Made by a program: the position numbers and the translations under genes
The notes under the pieces: model-generated
Seen by the model: only the letters and a program-made list of their open reading frames with translations
What the model was told of the DNA's origin: nothing
Databases searched by the model: none
Virus record (IMG/VR): IMGVR_UViG_3300034102_002082
Span: 32,001 to 96,000 of that record
Origin: a virus
Length of the DNA stretch: 64,000 nt
Direction: 5' to 3' (one strand)
Part shown: positions 18,437 through 28,709 of the stretch, in pieces
Numbering within the stretch: the first letter of the stretch is position 1
Layout: every line of letters begins with the position of its first letter

Positions 18437-18979
18437 TTATATTTTTGGTGTTATTTTACCCTTATTCGGATAAGCATTTATCGACCATCTGGCTGGTTTC
18501 CCATCTTTTGTCATATCTGACGTAATTCCGGCTCTTGGTTCCGTTATTTTTGCACCACCTTCGTTAACAGAAGATATAGTTTTGTTTAACGGAGTTCCGT
18601 CGATATCGCCAGTTATGTGTGGACCACTAGCAGACAACTTTTCTGAGTTATTGCCTGCTTCTATGTTTTCTTCTCCACCATCTGGATTTACGACAACGGC
18701 AGTAGATATATCACCTAGACTTTTACATTTTTCCATATTACTATAATAATGTGGGTCTTCCTTTAAATGATCCATCGCAATTTTTTGCGCTATAGTATCA
18801 TCATCGGTATGTTCATGTTCTTCGTCTGATCCTTTTTGTAATTCTGGTGCATTGAACTCTTCCGGTTTTTCTTCTACTGTATCTTTATTGAGATGTGAGA
18901 AGAAATCCTTGAAATTGATATCCGTAGAATCTAAGTCATGTGTTTCTTTCAATTTTACTTTTTTTATTTGTTTTTTCAT
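18437..18979 (-). CDS. DUF5661-like protein
   Basis: ELQKGSDEEHEHT...IAQKIAMDHLKEDPHYYS; internal INFKDFFSHL leader variant. Confidence 0.7.
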   Translation of the reverse strand: MKKQIKKVKLKETHDLDSTDINFKDFFSHLNKDTVEEKPEEFNAPELQKGSDEEHEHTDDDTIAQKIAMDHLKEDPHYYSNMEKCKSLGDISTAVVVNPDGGEENIEAGNNSEKLSASGPHITGDIDGTPLNKTISSVNEGGAKITEPRAGITSDMTKDGKPARWSINAYPNKGKITPKI

Positions 18980-18983
18980 AATT

Positions 18984-20099
18984 TTATTTCTTATTATTCA
19001 TTCCTCGCATAATAGATGATATTGATTCTATCCCGCGACCAGCAACTCTTTCCTTGATGCCAGCTTGTACAATTTCATTTGCTACGCTGTTTACTACTGG
19101 AGAATTTCTGTTTCTGTTTTTCATCATTTCATCGATAATGTTACCGACTTGTTTTATCTTTTCTTCTTGTGTTACTTTTAGATCAGGCATAAGCATTTGT
19201 AATTTTGAATAATATTTTGGGTTTGTCTTTAAATTGTTTACTACTATCTCCTTGGCTTTTTCTTTACTTGGTCTCATTTGTTTTGCCATCTCGTAACGAA
19301 GACCGGAAAAAATTTCATCTTTATCTAAACCATCGACATTTAGATCGACATCGCTAACATTGTCATATGGAGCAGATCCTAATATAGTGTTTCCGTTCAT
19401 TGGTGAATACCTAGTATTCCTCGTTTCGGATGAGAATTTGCTTGGATCTTGTGAGGTTCCATTAAATGTAGCTGCCCATCCAGATGCGGCGATACTACCA
19501 CCAGCAGCACCACCGTAACCTCCACCAGCACCATAATCTTCTAATATTCTGGTATGTTGCTTTTTGTTATCTGAATATATTACTCTATCGATATCTATTT
19601 CCATACCATCGAAACCGTCATAATCCAATAGATCGTTGCCCTCATCAGATTTTACATATGCTAATGTAATATGTGCTTTATAATCTGGATAATTATTTTT
19701 ATAAGATAATTCTTTTAGTTCATTATTAATTTGATTTAATACTTCACCAGTTACATCTATCTTTATAACATCAAAATCGTCCGTACTGAATTTGGTCACT
19801 TTACCTAATGTAGCTTTTATCTTACCTTCATACTTCTTTAATATTTCTCTGGCAGCATCCTCGTTACCATCTTCTAACCCGTACAGCAAGGTTATATGTG
19901 GCCATTCTTCTTTTCCCTTTGAATCATCCCCTTCTTCTTGATATAGAATATCATCCGGTATTTCTTCGATAAATTCATATACCTTCATTAGTACTGGTAT
20001 ACTGTCAGATTTAGTGGTCTCTGTCGGAGGAACTTCCGCCATGACACAATCCTTGAACTCTTCATTTAATAGTTGCTTATAAAAATCTTTGTATTTCAT
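18984..20099 (-). CDS. YKDFY-leader 2H phosphoesterase (T4 57B/Acb1-like) plus DUF5661-like C-terminal domain
   Basis: MKYKDFYKQLLNE; two HxT motifs PHITLLYG and AHITLAY; GLRYEM...NLKTNPKYYSKL. Confidence 0.8.
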   Translation of the reverse strand: MKYKDFYKQLLNEEFKDCVMAEVPPTETTKSDSIPVLMKVYEFIEEIPDDILYQEEGDDSKGKEEWPHITLLYGLEDGNEDAAREILKKYEGKIKATLGKVTKFSTDDFDVIKIDVTGEVLNQINNELKELSYKNNYPDYKAHITLAYVKSDEGNDLLDYDGFDGMEIDIDRVIYSDNKKQHTRILEDYGAGGGYGGAAGGSIAASGWAATFNGTSQDPSKFSSETRNTRYSPMNGNTILGSAPYDNVSDVDLNVDGLDKDEIFSGLRYEMAKQMRPSKEKAKEIVVNNLKTNPKYYSKLQMLMPDLKVTQEEKIKQVGNIIDEMMKNRNRNSPVVNSVANEIVQAGIKERVAGRGIESISSIMRGMNNKK

Positions 20100-20100
20100 A

Positions 20101-20442
20101 TTAATCAAATAATATTTTCTTGTCTGATATTCTTCCTTCGGTCGGTATTCCAGTTTTTCCTTTTAACATATTCATTACTGTTCTTGGACTCATCCCACCG
20201 AAATTTACACCAATTATACCTCGTTGTTTACAGTAATCTTCCAATTCTTTTATTTCTTCTGGATTGTATTCTTGTATATTATTCGGTTGGAATCCTAACG
20301 GTTTATCCTCTGTACTTCTTTTGCTGAATAGTTTAGTTGGATCAAACTCACCCGGTTTTGATACGTGGGGTTTAATTTCATTTTTCCCCATCATAGATGC
20401 CATGGTAGAGAAGTTAAATGTATTGAACGATAGTTGTTCCAT
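20101..20442 (-). CDS. Hypothetical protein
   Basis: 113-aa ORF preceded by ATATTTAT. Confidence 0.7.
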   Translation of the reverse strand: MEQLSFNTFNFSTMASMMGKNEIKPHVSKPGEFDPTKLFSKRSTEDKPLGFQPNNIQEYNPEEIKELEDYCKQRGIIGVNFGGMSPRTVMNMLKGKTGIPTEGRISDKKILFD

Positions 20443-20541
20443 TATCGTTATAAATATGCGACTAGTTACGTATTATGCGAATATTCTCCGGATTGTGATA
20501 TTTTTATACGCAATTGATAATTCATATATACTTATATATAT

Positions 20542-21360
20542 ATGAAAAATGGAGTGTACAACATACAGAATATAATAACAGGAGATTGTTATATAGGTAG
20601 TTGTGCGAGTAAATCTGGGTATAAAGCAAGATGGACAAACCATAAGAATGACCTAAGAAAAGGAAAACATCATTCTATCATATTACAGAATGCATGGAAC
20701 AAGTATAGCGAAGAAAATTTCATATTTTTTATGTTGGAGTACTGTGAACCAGTGATGTGTATCGAACGAGAGCAGTATTATATGGATAATTTGAATCCGA
20801 AATATAATGTCGCAGAAGTTGCCGGTAGCAACCTAGGGGTTAAACAATCAGAAGAAACGAAGAAAAAGTTACGAAATAGATCATATGACTGGATGCGTGG
20901 AGATAATAATTGGAATAGATTGCCGGAAAATAGAAAATCGTTACGCGATAGAATATTAAGAAATCCAATAAAACAAACAGAGGACGGGTGGAAAAAAATC
21001 TCCGAGTTCCACAAAGGAAAAAGTAAGACCGAAGAACATAGAGCTAAAATCTCAATATCAAATAAAGGGAAACAGAAATCACAGGAACAGTTAGAGAAAA
21101 TGCGAAAATGGCAAGTAGAACATAATACTGGCGATAAATGTCATTTCTCGAAGGATCGATATATATTTTCCGGTGAAAGTAATTCTAAGTTTAGTGGTTA
21201 TTTTAAATTTAAACACAAACTAACAAATGAAGAATTCATCGGATCAAAGATTGAATTCACTAACAAATTTAATTTGGAACATACGAAGGTATGTGCAATA
21301 TGCAACGGAAAAAGGAAATCTACTAAGAAATGGGTTTTTATCGAAAAAATATTAAAATAA
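20542..21360 (+). CDS. Free-standing GIY-YIG homing endonuclease with NUMOD3-like repeats
   Basis: GVYNIQNIITGDCYIGS, LQNAWNKY, REQYY, SEETKKKL. Confidence 0.9.
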   Translation: MKNGVYNIQNIITGDCYIGSCASKSGYKARWTNHKNDLRKGKHHSIILQNAWNKYSEENFIFFMLEYCEPVMCIEREQYYMDNLNPKYNVAEVAGSNLGVKQSEETKKKLRNRSYDWMRGDNNWNRLPENRKSLRDRILRNPIKQTEDGWKKISEFHKGKSKTEEHRAKISISNKGKQKSQEQLEKMRKWQVEHNTGDKCHFSKDRYIFSGESNSKFSGYFKFKHKLTNEEFIGSKIEFTNKFNLEHTKVCAICNGKRKSTKKWVFIEKILK

Positions 21361-21364
21361 AATT

Positions 21365-21982
21365 ATGAAAAGAGCAAAAAACAAAAGTAATACGGATATA
21401 GTTCGTGGATATTTGGCGGGAGAACGTCCCTTCACTCAAGTAGGATATGAAGGTGTACCAGACGCAAAAAGAAAAGAAGGTGAAATATGGACGGATAGTA
21501 AAGGCCGCGAATGGATCAAAACATCTTATGGTATCCGTTCACATAATCCACAGGCAGATTTAATTAAAGAGGAAGCCGATAAGATGTGGATATGTAAAAG
21601 AACCGGACAGAATTTAAAGTTTTCACACAATAAATATGACAGAATGACTTTGATGAAAACTGGTATGAGTTTCGATGCTCTCGTCGAATACGAAACTGAG
21701 TTAAGAATAAAGGGTCTATACAACGATTATGCCGCTAAGAAGGTTTATAGAAACCAATTGGCTTATCTAGAAGATCTGAAAAAGAAATTAGAGGAGAGTT
21801 ACAAGTATACCGATGAACATAAGATTATAACTTATGTAAATTCGAATGGTTTGGTAGAAGAATGGGAGAATGATGCCCGTCAAGAATTGATGGAAAATAT
21901 AGTAAAAGATTTAGAGCAATGTAATAAATCGATAGAAGAAACAAAAGCAGAGATAGAAAAGTTAAGCCATATTGATATATGA
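21365..21982 (+). CDS. Hypothetical protein upstream of the terminase
   Basis: KEGEIWTDSKGREW motif plus coiled coil; overlaps the terminase start. Confidence 0.7.
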   Translation: MKRAKNKSNTDIVRGYLAGERPFTQVGYEGVPDAKRKEGEIWTDSKGREWIKTSYGIRSHNPQADLIKEEADKMWICKRTGQNLKFSHNKYDRMTLMKTGMSFDALVEYETELRIKGLYNDYAAKKVYRNQLAYLEDLKKKLEESYKYTDEHKIITYVNSNGLVEEWENDARQELMENIVKDLEQCNKSIEETKAEIEKLSHIDI

Positions 21983-23598
21983 GCGAAGATAAGAATATCA
22001 GCGTAAAAGACGCTATACGGATAGAGTATAAAAAATGCGCGACGGATATTATATACTTCCTAAAAAAGTATGTCTATATACAAAACCCAGTAAAAGGTAG
22101 GGTTAAGTTCGAATTATATCCATTCCAAGAAGAAACCCTACGTCAATTTCAGAGCAATGACAAGAACATAGTACTAAAATCTAGGCAGATGGGAATATCC
22201 ACTCTGTGTTCATGTTATATATTATGGATAATGATATTCAACTCAGATAAAAATTGCTTAATTATATCAAAAACACAAGATGCTGCTAAGGAACTGGTGA
22301 CGAAGATTAGATTCGGTAATGATCACCTACCTAGTTGGTTAAAAGTTCCTGCCACAGAAGATAATAGATTATCATTAAGACTCAAGAACGGATCACAAGT
22401 TAAATCCGTATCTAGTTCTAAGGACTCTGCCCGTGGTGCTGCATGTTCTGTTCTCATAATGGACGAAACCGCTTTCTTGGATGATGGTGAAGCTATATGG
22501 TTGGCAGCACAACCAACATTGTCTACTGGTGGTAAGGTAGTAATGTTGTCTACACCAAATGGTCTTGGTAACTTCTTTCATAAAATGTGGATAGAAGCAG
22601 AATCAAGCAAGAATGGATTCAATCCTATTAGCTTAAAATGGGATCTACATCCAGATAGAGATCAACGGTGGAGAGATAAACAAACAGCGGAACAAGGTGT
22701 TAGACAATCTGCACAAGAATGTGATTGCGACTTTGCTTCATCTGGTAATACCGTAATAAATGACAATATAATAAAGCTATATGATACGATGGTTAAGCTC
22801 CCATTAGAGAAACAGGGACCAAGCGGAAATCTACATATATGGAAGTATCCGGTAGATGGTAAAAAGTATATGGTTTCTGCTGACGTTGGTAGAGGAGACT
22901 CCGAAGATTATTCTGCTTGTCATGTATTGGAACTTGAAACCATGGAACAAGTTGCTGAATTTGAACATAAATTATCAACAAAGGAATATGGTAATTTTTT
23001 GGTGGGCTTGGCTACACAATATAATGATGCTTTACTTGTCATAGAAAATAACAATATTGGGTGGGCGACTATTCAACAAGTAATAGATAGAAACTATAGG
23101 AATCTGTTTTATATGACTAACGACATGAAATATGTCGATGTTGAAGAGCAGATGACCAATAAGTTATATTCAGAGGATAAGAAGATGACACCAGGATTTT
23201 TGACTAGCTCAAAAACGAGACCATTGATAATTTCTAAGATGGAATTATATATGCAACAAAAAGAAGTCATAATAAATTCCCAGAGATTGATGAATCAATT
23301 CAGAACGTTCATATGGAATAACGGAAAAGCCGAAGCTGCTCGTGGCTATAACGACGATCTTGTGATGTCATTTGCAATAAGTATGTGGGTAAGAGATACA
23401 GCATTGAGATTACAAAGTCAAGGGATAGAACTAAATAAGATCATGTTAGATAAAATAGGAAATTCTTCTAGTAGAGGATATACAACATCAGGCACAAGTG
23501 GTGTTGGTGGAATATATAGAGCCAACGGAACTAACTCAAATCCGTGGGAGATAAAACTTGGTGGGGTATCTGAGGATTTACGGTGGTTAATTAGGTAA
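21979..23598 (+). CDS. gp17: Terminase large subunit
   Basis: LKSRQMGIST Walker A, IMDETAF Walker B, STPNG, ADVGRG and NDDLVM nuclease motifs. Confidence 0.95.
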   Translation: MSEDKNISVKDAIRIEYKKCATDIIYFLKKYVYIQNPVKGRVKFELYPFQEETLRQFQSNDKNIVLKSRQMGISTLCSCYILWIMIFNSDKNCLIISKTQDAAKELVTKIRFGNDHLPSWLKVPATEDNRLSLRLKNGSQVKSVSSSKDSARGAACSVLIMDETAFLDDGEAIWLAAQPTLSTGGKVVMLSTPNGLGNFFHKMWIEAESSKNGFNPISLKWDLHPDRDQRWRDKQTAEQGVRQSAQECDCDFASSGNTVINDNIIKLYDTMVKLPLEKQGPSGNLHIWKYPVDGKKYMVSADVGRGDSEDYSACHVLELETMEQVAEFEHKLSTKEYGNFLVGLATQYNDALLVIENNNIGWATIQQVIDRNYRNLFYMTNDMKYVDVEEQMTNKLYSEDKKMTPGFLTSSKTRPLIISKMELYMQQKEVIINSQRLMNQFRTFIWNNGKAEAARGYNDDLVMSFAISMWVRDTALRLQSQGIELNKIMLDKIGNSSSRGYTTSGTSGVGGIYRANGTNSNPWEIKLGGVSEDLRWLIR

Positions 23599-23654
23599 TA
23601 ACTATCGTATTATAATAACATTTTACCCAAACGAATAGATACTTATTCATATAT

Positions 23655-25556
23655 ATGATAAACGAACAAGATAAGTTGGAACATAAAGATGGCGTTTTTG
23701 CTAAATTAAAAAGATTGTTTAGTGATGAAGTAGTCATAAGAAATGTTGGTGGTAAGAAAATAAAAGTAGCAGATACTGAACACAATCAATTCTCTACCGA
23801 CAGAAATTCTCTGCGTGATAGGTTTAATAGGCTCCGATCAAGTACATATAACTTACATAACCGAGATATGGCTATGTCATACCAATCGGCGAGATTGGAG
23901 CTATTTCGCGATTATGATGTCATGGATATGGACCCTATATTGGCATCTGCTCTAGATATTTATGCCGATGAATGTTTGACTGCAAATGAACACGGTAAAG
24001 TACTGACCATATCATCGGACGATGAAAATATAAAGCAGATATTAGAAAACTTGTTTTATGATATTCTCAACGTAGAATTTAACTTATGGAGTTGGATAAG
24101 AAATTTATGTAAATATGGAGATATGTATTTACTCATGGATATTTCTCCTGAGTATGGCGTGTATAATGTCCACCCACTATCGTCATATGAAGTTACCCGC
24201 ATCGAAGGAATCGACCCAGAAAACAAAGCATATGTAAAATTTCAACATGATGGTGCTAGGGGTGGACAAGAATACGATAACTTCGAAGTCGCACATTTTA
24301 GATTACTAAGCGATTCTAACTTCTTACCATATGGAAAGTCCATGTTGGAATCTGCTAGAAGAATCTGGAAACAATTATCGCTAATGGAAGACGCGATGTT
24401 AATACATCGTATAATGAGAGCACCAGAGAAGAGAATATTTAAGATAGACATAGGAAATATACCACCAAATGAAGTAGATGGTTATATGGAAAAGTTGATA
24501 TCCAGAATGAAAAAAATTCCATATATTGACGAAAAAACTGGGGATTACAATTTAAGATTCAATTTACAAAACATGGTAGAAGACTTCTATCTACCAGTTC
24601 GTGGATCAGATAGTGGTACTAGTATCGATTCACTAAGCGGGATGGAGTTTACTGGCACGGAGGACATAGAATATCTGAGAAATAAGCTAATGTCTGCCTT
24701 GAAAATTCCAAAGGCGTTTTTGGGTTATGACGAAACAATGTCAGGAAAATCAACACTTTCTATGGAAGACGTTCGTTTTTCTAAGACTATCAATAGACTA
24801 CAGAAAATCATATGTAGTGAATTGAATAAGATAGCTATTCTCCATTTATATGTTCAGGGATATAGAGATGCATCATTATTGAATTTTAAATTGGAATTAA
24901 CCAATTCGTCAGCGGTTCTTGAGCAAGAGAAGATAGCTTTCTGGCAAGATAAAATAAACTTGGCCAAGGATATGAAGGAAAGCAAATTATTTGATTCCGA
25001 TTATATATACAAGGAAATATTTAAACTAAGTGCTGGTAAGATTCAGGAGATAAAGAAGGGTGTAATCTCAGATCAAAAAACATTCTGGAGATATGACCAG
25101 ATAGAAAATGAAGGTAACGATCCAACATTTTCAAAACAATCAGTAGATTCTAATGGGTCAACTAAGGATGTTCCACAAGAAGATGCCGGAAATTCACCCT
25201 TGGAGTCTGGTGGAGAAGAGCCACCACTAAAAGAAGCGGTGCGGAAAAAAACCAAAGATAGAATATTGCCAGACCAGTCCGGTATTAAAGATGCATCTGA
25301 TTACCCGTTTGGAGAAAATCCATTAGGAAAGAAAGAAGATGAAGGTAGTAGAACAGATCCATTGAGACATACAACTAGAGGAGGGACATTCTCTATGCGC
25401 GAGAATGAGCTATCCGAGATATTAAATAAGGTAACTAACCGAGAAAAAAAGAAAAATTCTAACAACAGCAATATATTATTAGAAGACATTACCACCCCAA
25501 TAACAAGAAAAACTCCATCGATCATGGATGAAACACAAATTCTTACAGAAGAATAA
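23655..25556 (+). CDS. gp20: Portal protein
   Basis: LMEDAMLIHRIMRAPEKRIFKIDIGN, EDFYLPVR, LKIPK. Confidence 0.95.
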   Translation: MINEQDKLEHKDGVFAKLKRLFSDEVVIRNVGGKKIKVADTEHNQFSTDRNSLRDRFNRLRSSTYNLHNRDMAMSYQSARLELFRDYDVMDMDPILASALDIYADECLTANEHGKVLTISSDDENIKQILENLFYDILNVEFNLWSWIRNLCKYGDMYLLMDISPEYGVYNVHPLSSYEVTRIEGIDPENKAYVKFQHDGARGGQEYDNFEVAHFRLLSDSNFLPYGKSMLESARRIWKQLSLMEDAMLIHRIMRAPEKRIFKIDIGNIPPNEVDGYMEKLISRMKKIPYIDEKTGDYNLRFNLQNMVEDFYLPVRGSDSGTSIDSLSGMEFTGTEDIEYLRNKLMSALKIPKAFLGYDETMSGKSTLSMEDVRFSKTINRLQKIICSELNKIAILHLYVQGYRDASLLNFKLELTNSSAVLEQEKIAFWQDKINLAKDMKESKLFDSDYIYKEIFKLSAGKIQEIKKGVISDQKTFWRYDQIENEGNDPTFSKQSVDSNGSTKDVPQEDAGNSPLESGGEEPPLKEAVRKKTKDRILPDQSGIKDASDYPFGENPLGKKEDEGSRTDPLRHTTRGGTFSMRENELSEILNKVTNREKKKNSNNSNILLEDITTPITRKTPSIMDETQILTEE

Positions 25557-25599
25557 ATAAAAAACTTACTTTTTATAAACATTTACATATTTATTAATT

Positions 25600-26487
25600 A
25601 TGATTCAAACCAAGAAGTTAAAACATTCTAAATTTAAAAATACAGGCATTTTGTTTGAGCTTCTAGTCAAGCAAGTGACCGCAGACATCCTTTCCGGCAA
25701 GGAAACATCAAATGCTGTCGGTATTCTACAGAAATATTTCGGTGAGGGAACTGAACTCGGGAAGGAACACAAGATATACAAGTTCATAAATGAGGAGAAG
25801 ATAAAGAATGATACTAATGCTGAAAAAGCCATTGAAGTATGCATACGAGCAAAGAAAAAACTGAACGAAAATAAATTAAACAAGGAAAAGTTTGAATTGA
25901 TCAAGGAAATAAAGGGTAATTGGGATATCGATAGTTTTCTCAAGGGTAGTATAACTAACTACAAGTTAATGGCTTCTATATATAAAACATTAGAAGAATC
26001 TATCAAAGTTGATTTTGATATAGACCCAAAAGAATCGTATCAGTCTAGACAATTTATATTGGAACATCTCACGACCACAAAGAAAAAAGTATTAGAATCA
26101 ACGGACAAGGATGATCTAATAAAACTATATCAAGAACAATCGGAAGATATGAGACTGTTATCTTATAAGTTAATGGTTGATAACTTTAATACTAAGTACT
26201 CCACACTAAATGACCCACAGAAGTCATTAATAAAAGAATATATTTATAATGTGAGCAATACGAATTCGCTCCGTAAATTCATAAACGATGAAGTTCCTAA
26301 AGTAAGAGTTAAATTAAATGAATTATCTGGTAATATAAATAACCAGATATTGAAGATAAAAATAAAAGAGGCAGCAAACCAATTATCTAAAATATGTGAA
26401 GGTGCTGTCGTCAAGGATAATCACGTTTCTTCTTTATTGGTTGCATATGAATTGATAAAAGAAATGGAGTCGTTGAATGGAAAATAA
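25600..26487 (+). CDS. Hypothetical protein of the head gene block
   Basis: 295-aa helical ORF (KHSKFKNTGILFELL) between portal and protease. Confidence 0.75.
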   Translation: MIQTKKLKHSKFKNTGILFELLVKQVTADILSGKETSNAVGILQKYFGEGTELGKEHKIYKFINEEKIKNDTNAEKAIEVCIRAKKKLNENKLNKEKFELIKEIKGNWDIDSFLKGSITNYKLMASIYKTLEESIKVDFDIDPKESYQSRQFILEHLTTTKKKVLESTDKDDLIKLYQEQSEDMRLLSYKLMVDNFNTKYSTLNDPQKSLIKEYIYNVSNTNSLRKFINDEVPKVRVKLNELSGNINNQILKIKIKEAANQLSKICEGAVVKDNHVSSLLVAYELIKEMESLNGK

Positions 26488-27499
26488 GAAATTAATTTGT
26501 ATTGAGGGCGGGAAAGAATCCACTAAGGGTTACTCATTCGTTAAGTCTATAGGTTACGATATATTAGTCAGAAGTCCTGATAATAAGTTGGAACTTTGGA
26601 AGCCATTGGGTGGAAACTCGAATGTACGCCATTTGAATCATGACGGAAAAAAGTATGAGTTCTCATCAGCCGACAAGAACAAGATAAAACAGATACTCAC
26701 GGAATTGAGTGCAACTGGTGGGGTAGCTGGTTATGCTACACCATACGCATTTTCTAAGGGTGGAGAAGGAAATAAAAAAGCTGCCGAAATGGTTGGTTAC
26801 AAGTTAGTTAAAGAAGAACCAGAGAAAGAAGTCATTGGTGAAGGTAAGTACTCAAACTACAAGAAGCACCCAATGAAGAATGAAGCTAAAATATCATTAT
26901 CGTTACGTGAAGTAAATAAGTTGTTACGTGAGATAGAAAACCTAGTAAATTTCAATAGCAGATTAAAAACAGAAACCAAGGTTGATGGTACTTACTGGAG
27001 CAGAAGCGCAAAGGATGTAGCTCAGATCAGGGAAAGAACAAAAAATATTGTTCGTGGTATTCGCGGCATAGTAAAGGGTAAATTGAATGAAATTTCACAA
27101 CCAATGTCGGAGCCTGTAGTCGGTACTGATTCACAACCAGTGTTACCTACGACCCACGCGAATTCTCCGGAGAAATTATACACCATTTCCATAGACTTTC
27201 TAAATTTTCAGAACGATATAAGCGGAACAGTAATCAAGCACACAAACACAATTAAGAAAAAGGTATTAAATAGAGAAGTTACTGTGAGAGCATCCAAGGG
27301 ATACGGTCAAGTAGAAAAGGATTATACTATACTAGTAAAAAATGTATCTATTGTATTATATAAGGAAGAGTATAACCTAATATTTAAAGATCAGAATAAG
27401 AAAGAATATTATATCAATACAGCATTCAAATTAAAAGTAAAATCTCCGATAGAAGCCACACAATCAGTTACACAAGAACAACCAATTTTAAAGAAATAA
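26477..27499 (+). CDS. Putative prohead core/internal protein
   Basis: Segments separated by ILTE, VKEE, IGEG and LNEI; GYATPYAF motif. Confidence 0.65.
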   Translation: MENKKLICIEGGKESTKGYSFVKSIGYDILVRSPDNKLELWKPLGGNSNVRHLNHDGKKYEFSSADKNKIKQILTELSATGGVAGYATPYAFSKGGEGNKKAAEMVGYKLVKEEPEKEVIGEGKYSNYKKHPMKNEAKISLSLREVNKLLREIENLVNFNSRLKTETKVDGTYWSRSAKDVAQIRERTKNIVRGIRGIVKGKLNEISQPMSEPVVGTDSQPVLPTTHANSPEKLYTISIDFLNFQNDISGTVIKHTNTIKKKVLNREVTVRASKGYGQVEKDYTILVKNVSIVLYKEEYNLIFKDQNKKEYYINTAFKLKVKSPIEATQSVTQEQPILKK

Positions 27500-27500
27500 T

Positions 27501-28115
27501 ATGAGCAAACAATTACTAATAGACTGCATCCCGTTCGAGATATCACCAACATTATTAAACGAGATAAAAGTTGCTGGTCCGAATTCTTTACTTATAGTAA
27601 AGGGTGTTTTACAGCGTGCCGATTCCGAGAATCAAAACGGAAGAACTTACGCAAAAAAGATACTTGAGCGAGAGATAGAAAACTACAAGAAGAATTTCGT
27701 TAATGAGCGCAGAGCAGTGGGGGAATTAGATCACCCTGAAAAGAGTATAATAGAACTGAAGAACGTCAGTCATAACATAACGGAAATTCACTGGGAAGGT
27801 GATGACGTTGTTGGTACCGTTGAAATATTGACTACTCCTGCTGGTAATATCCTTCGCGAATTAATTAAAAACGGGATAAAAATTGGTATTTCTAGTAGAG
27901 CACTTGGATCAGTAACAGAAGGTCGTAACGGTACGAAAGTTGTCGGTGATGACTTGTCATTAATTTGCTGGGACTTTGTTAGTAATCCAAGCACCAGTGG
28001 GGCATGGATGAATCCAACAAACTTGAATGAGGGAATTGATAATAGCATCACACCAAAGAATTCAAAACTAGAAGAATTGGTTAGGGACTTGATCATCGAA
28101 ATCGGAAGCAAATAA
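27501..28115 (+). CDS. gp21: Prohead protease
   Basis: NQNGRTY, GELDHP, GISSRALGS and WDFVSNPS motifs. Confidence 0.93.
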   Translation: MSKQLLIDCIPFEISPTLLNEIKVAGPNSLLIVKGVLQRADSENQNGRTYAKKILEREIENYKKNFVNERRAVGELDHPEKSIIELKNVSHNITEIHWEGDDVVGTVEILTTPAGNILRELIKNGIKIGISSRALGSVTEGRNGTKVVGDDLSLICWDFVSNPSTSGAWMNPTNLNEGIDNSITPKNSKLEELVRDLIIEIGSK

Positions 28116-28124
28116 TTTAAAAAT

Positions 28125-28709
28125 ATGAAAACAACAAAAAAATTTAACATCGGAAGTATTCTAAAAGAAATTTCCAGCCACGCAACTATCGGTAGATTAG
28201 ATGAAGCTGGAAATTTTCCAGAAAAGAAAAAACCAGCAGCCACACCGGAAGAAGATGATAATCAAGCGGAGGTTCCGGTTGGTGGAGATACACCACCAGC
28301 CGCTGCTCCTGTCGATAAACAAACAGCACCGGCACCAGAACAACCAAATTCTGAGCCACCAGCCCAAGAACAAGATGCGCCAGCTGCTCCAGTAGATAAT
28401 GCTCCAGCGGAACCAGCACAAGAAGATCCAAATATGGCAAAGTCGGAAACCGACCAAGCGGAACAAGAAATAGATCAACCATCGTTCGTAAAGTTAAATA
28501 GTGATACCGGAGTTAAGTTTTTGCTTGGTACCATTCTTGAGCCAGCTGTAGAGACAAATACAATAGATTCTATTGCACAAGACTTCATCGATAAACTAAA
28601 GATAAATACAAACGAGGACTTCCAGAAGTTTAGGGATGAAACTATTCAATTTAGACCAGTAAGTGGATTCAATCAATTGTTATCCAGCATGGAAAATTTC
28701 ATTGGATGA
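28125..28709 (+). CDS. Pro/Ala/acidic-rich hypothetical (putative head core) protein
   Basis: ILKE and LDE sites followed by a low-complexity PAPE region. Confidence 0.7.
   Translation: MKTTKKFNIGSILKEISSHATIGRLDEAGNFPEKKKPAATPEEDDNQAEVPVGGDTPPAAAPVDKQTAPAPEQPNSEPPAQEQDAPAAPVDNAPAEPAQEDPNMAKSETDQAEQEIDQPSFVKLNSDTGVKFLLGTILEPAVETNTIDSIAQDFIDKLKINTNEDFQKFRDETIQFRPVSGFNQLLSSMENFIG

Noticed and set aside
21365-21982. Terminase small subunit call
   Set aside because: Only position supports it; no recognisable gp16 motif
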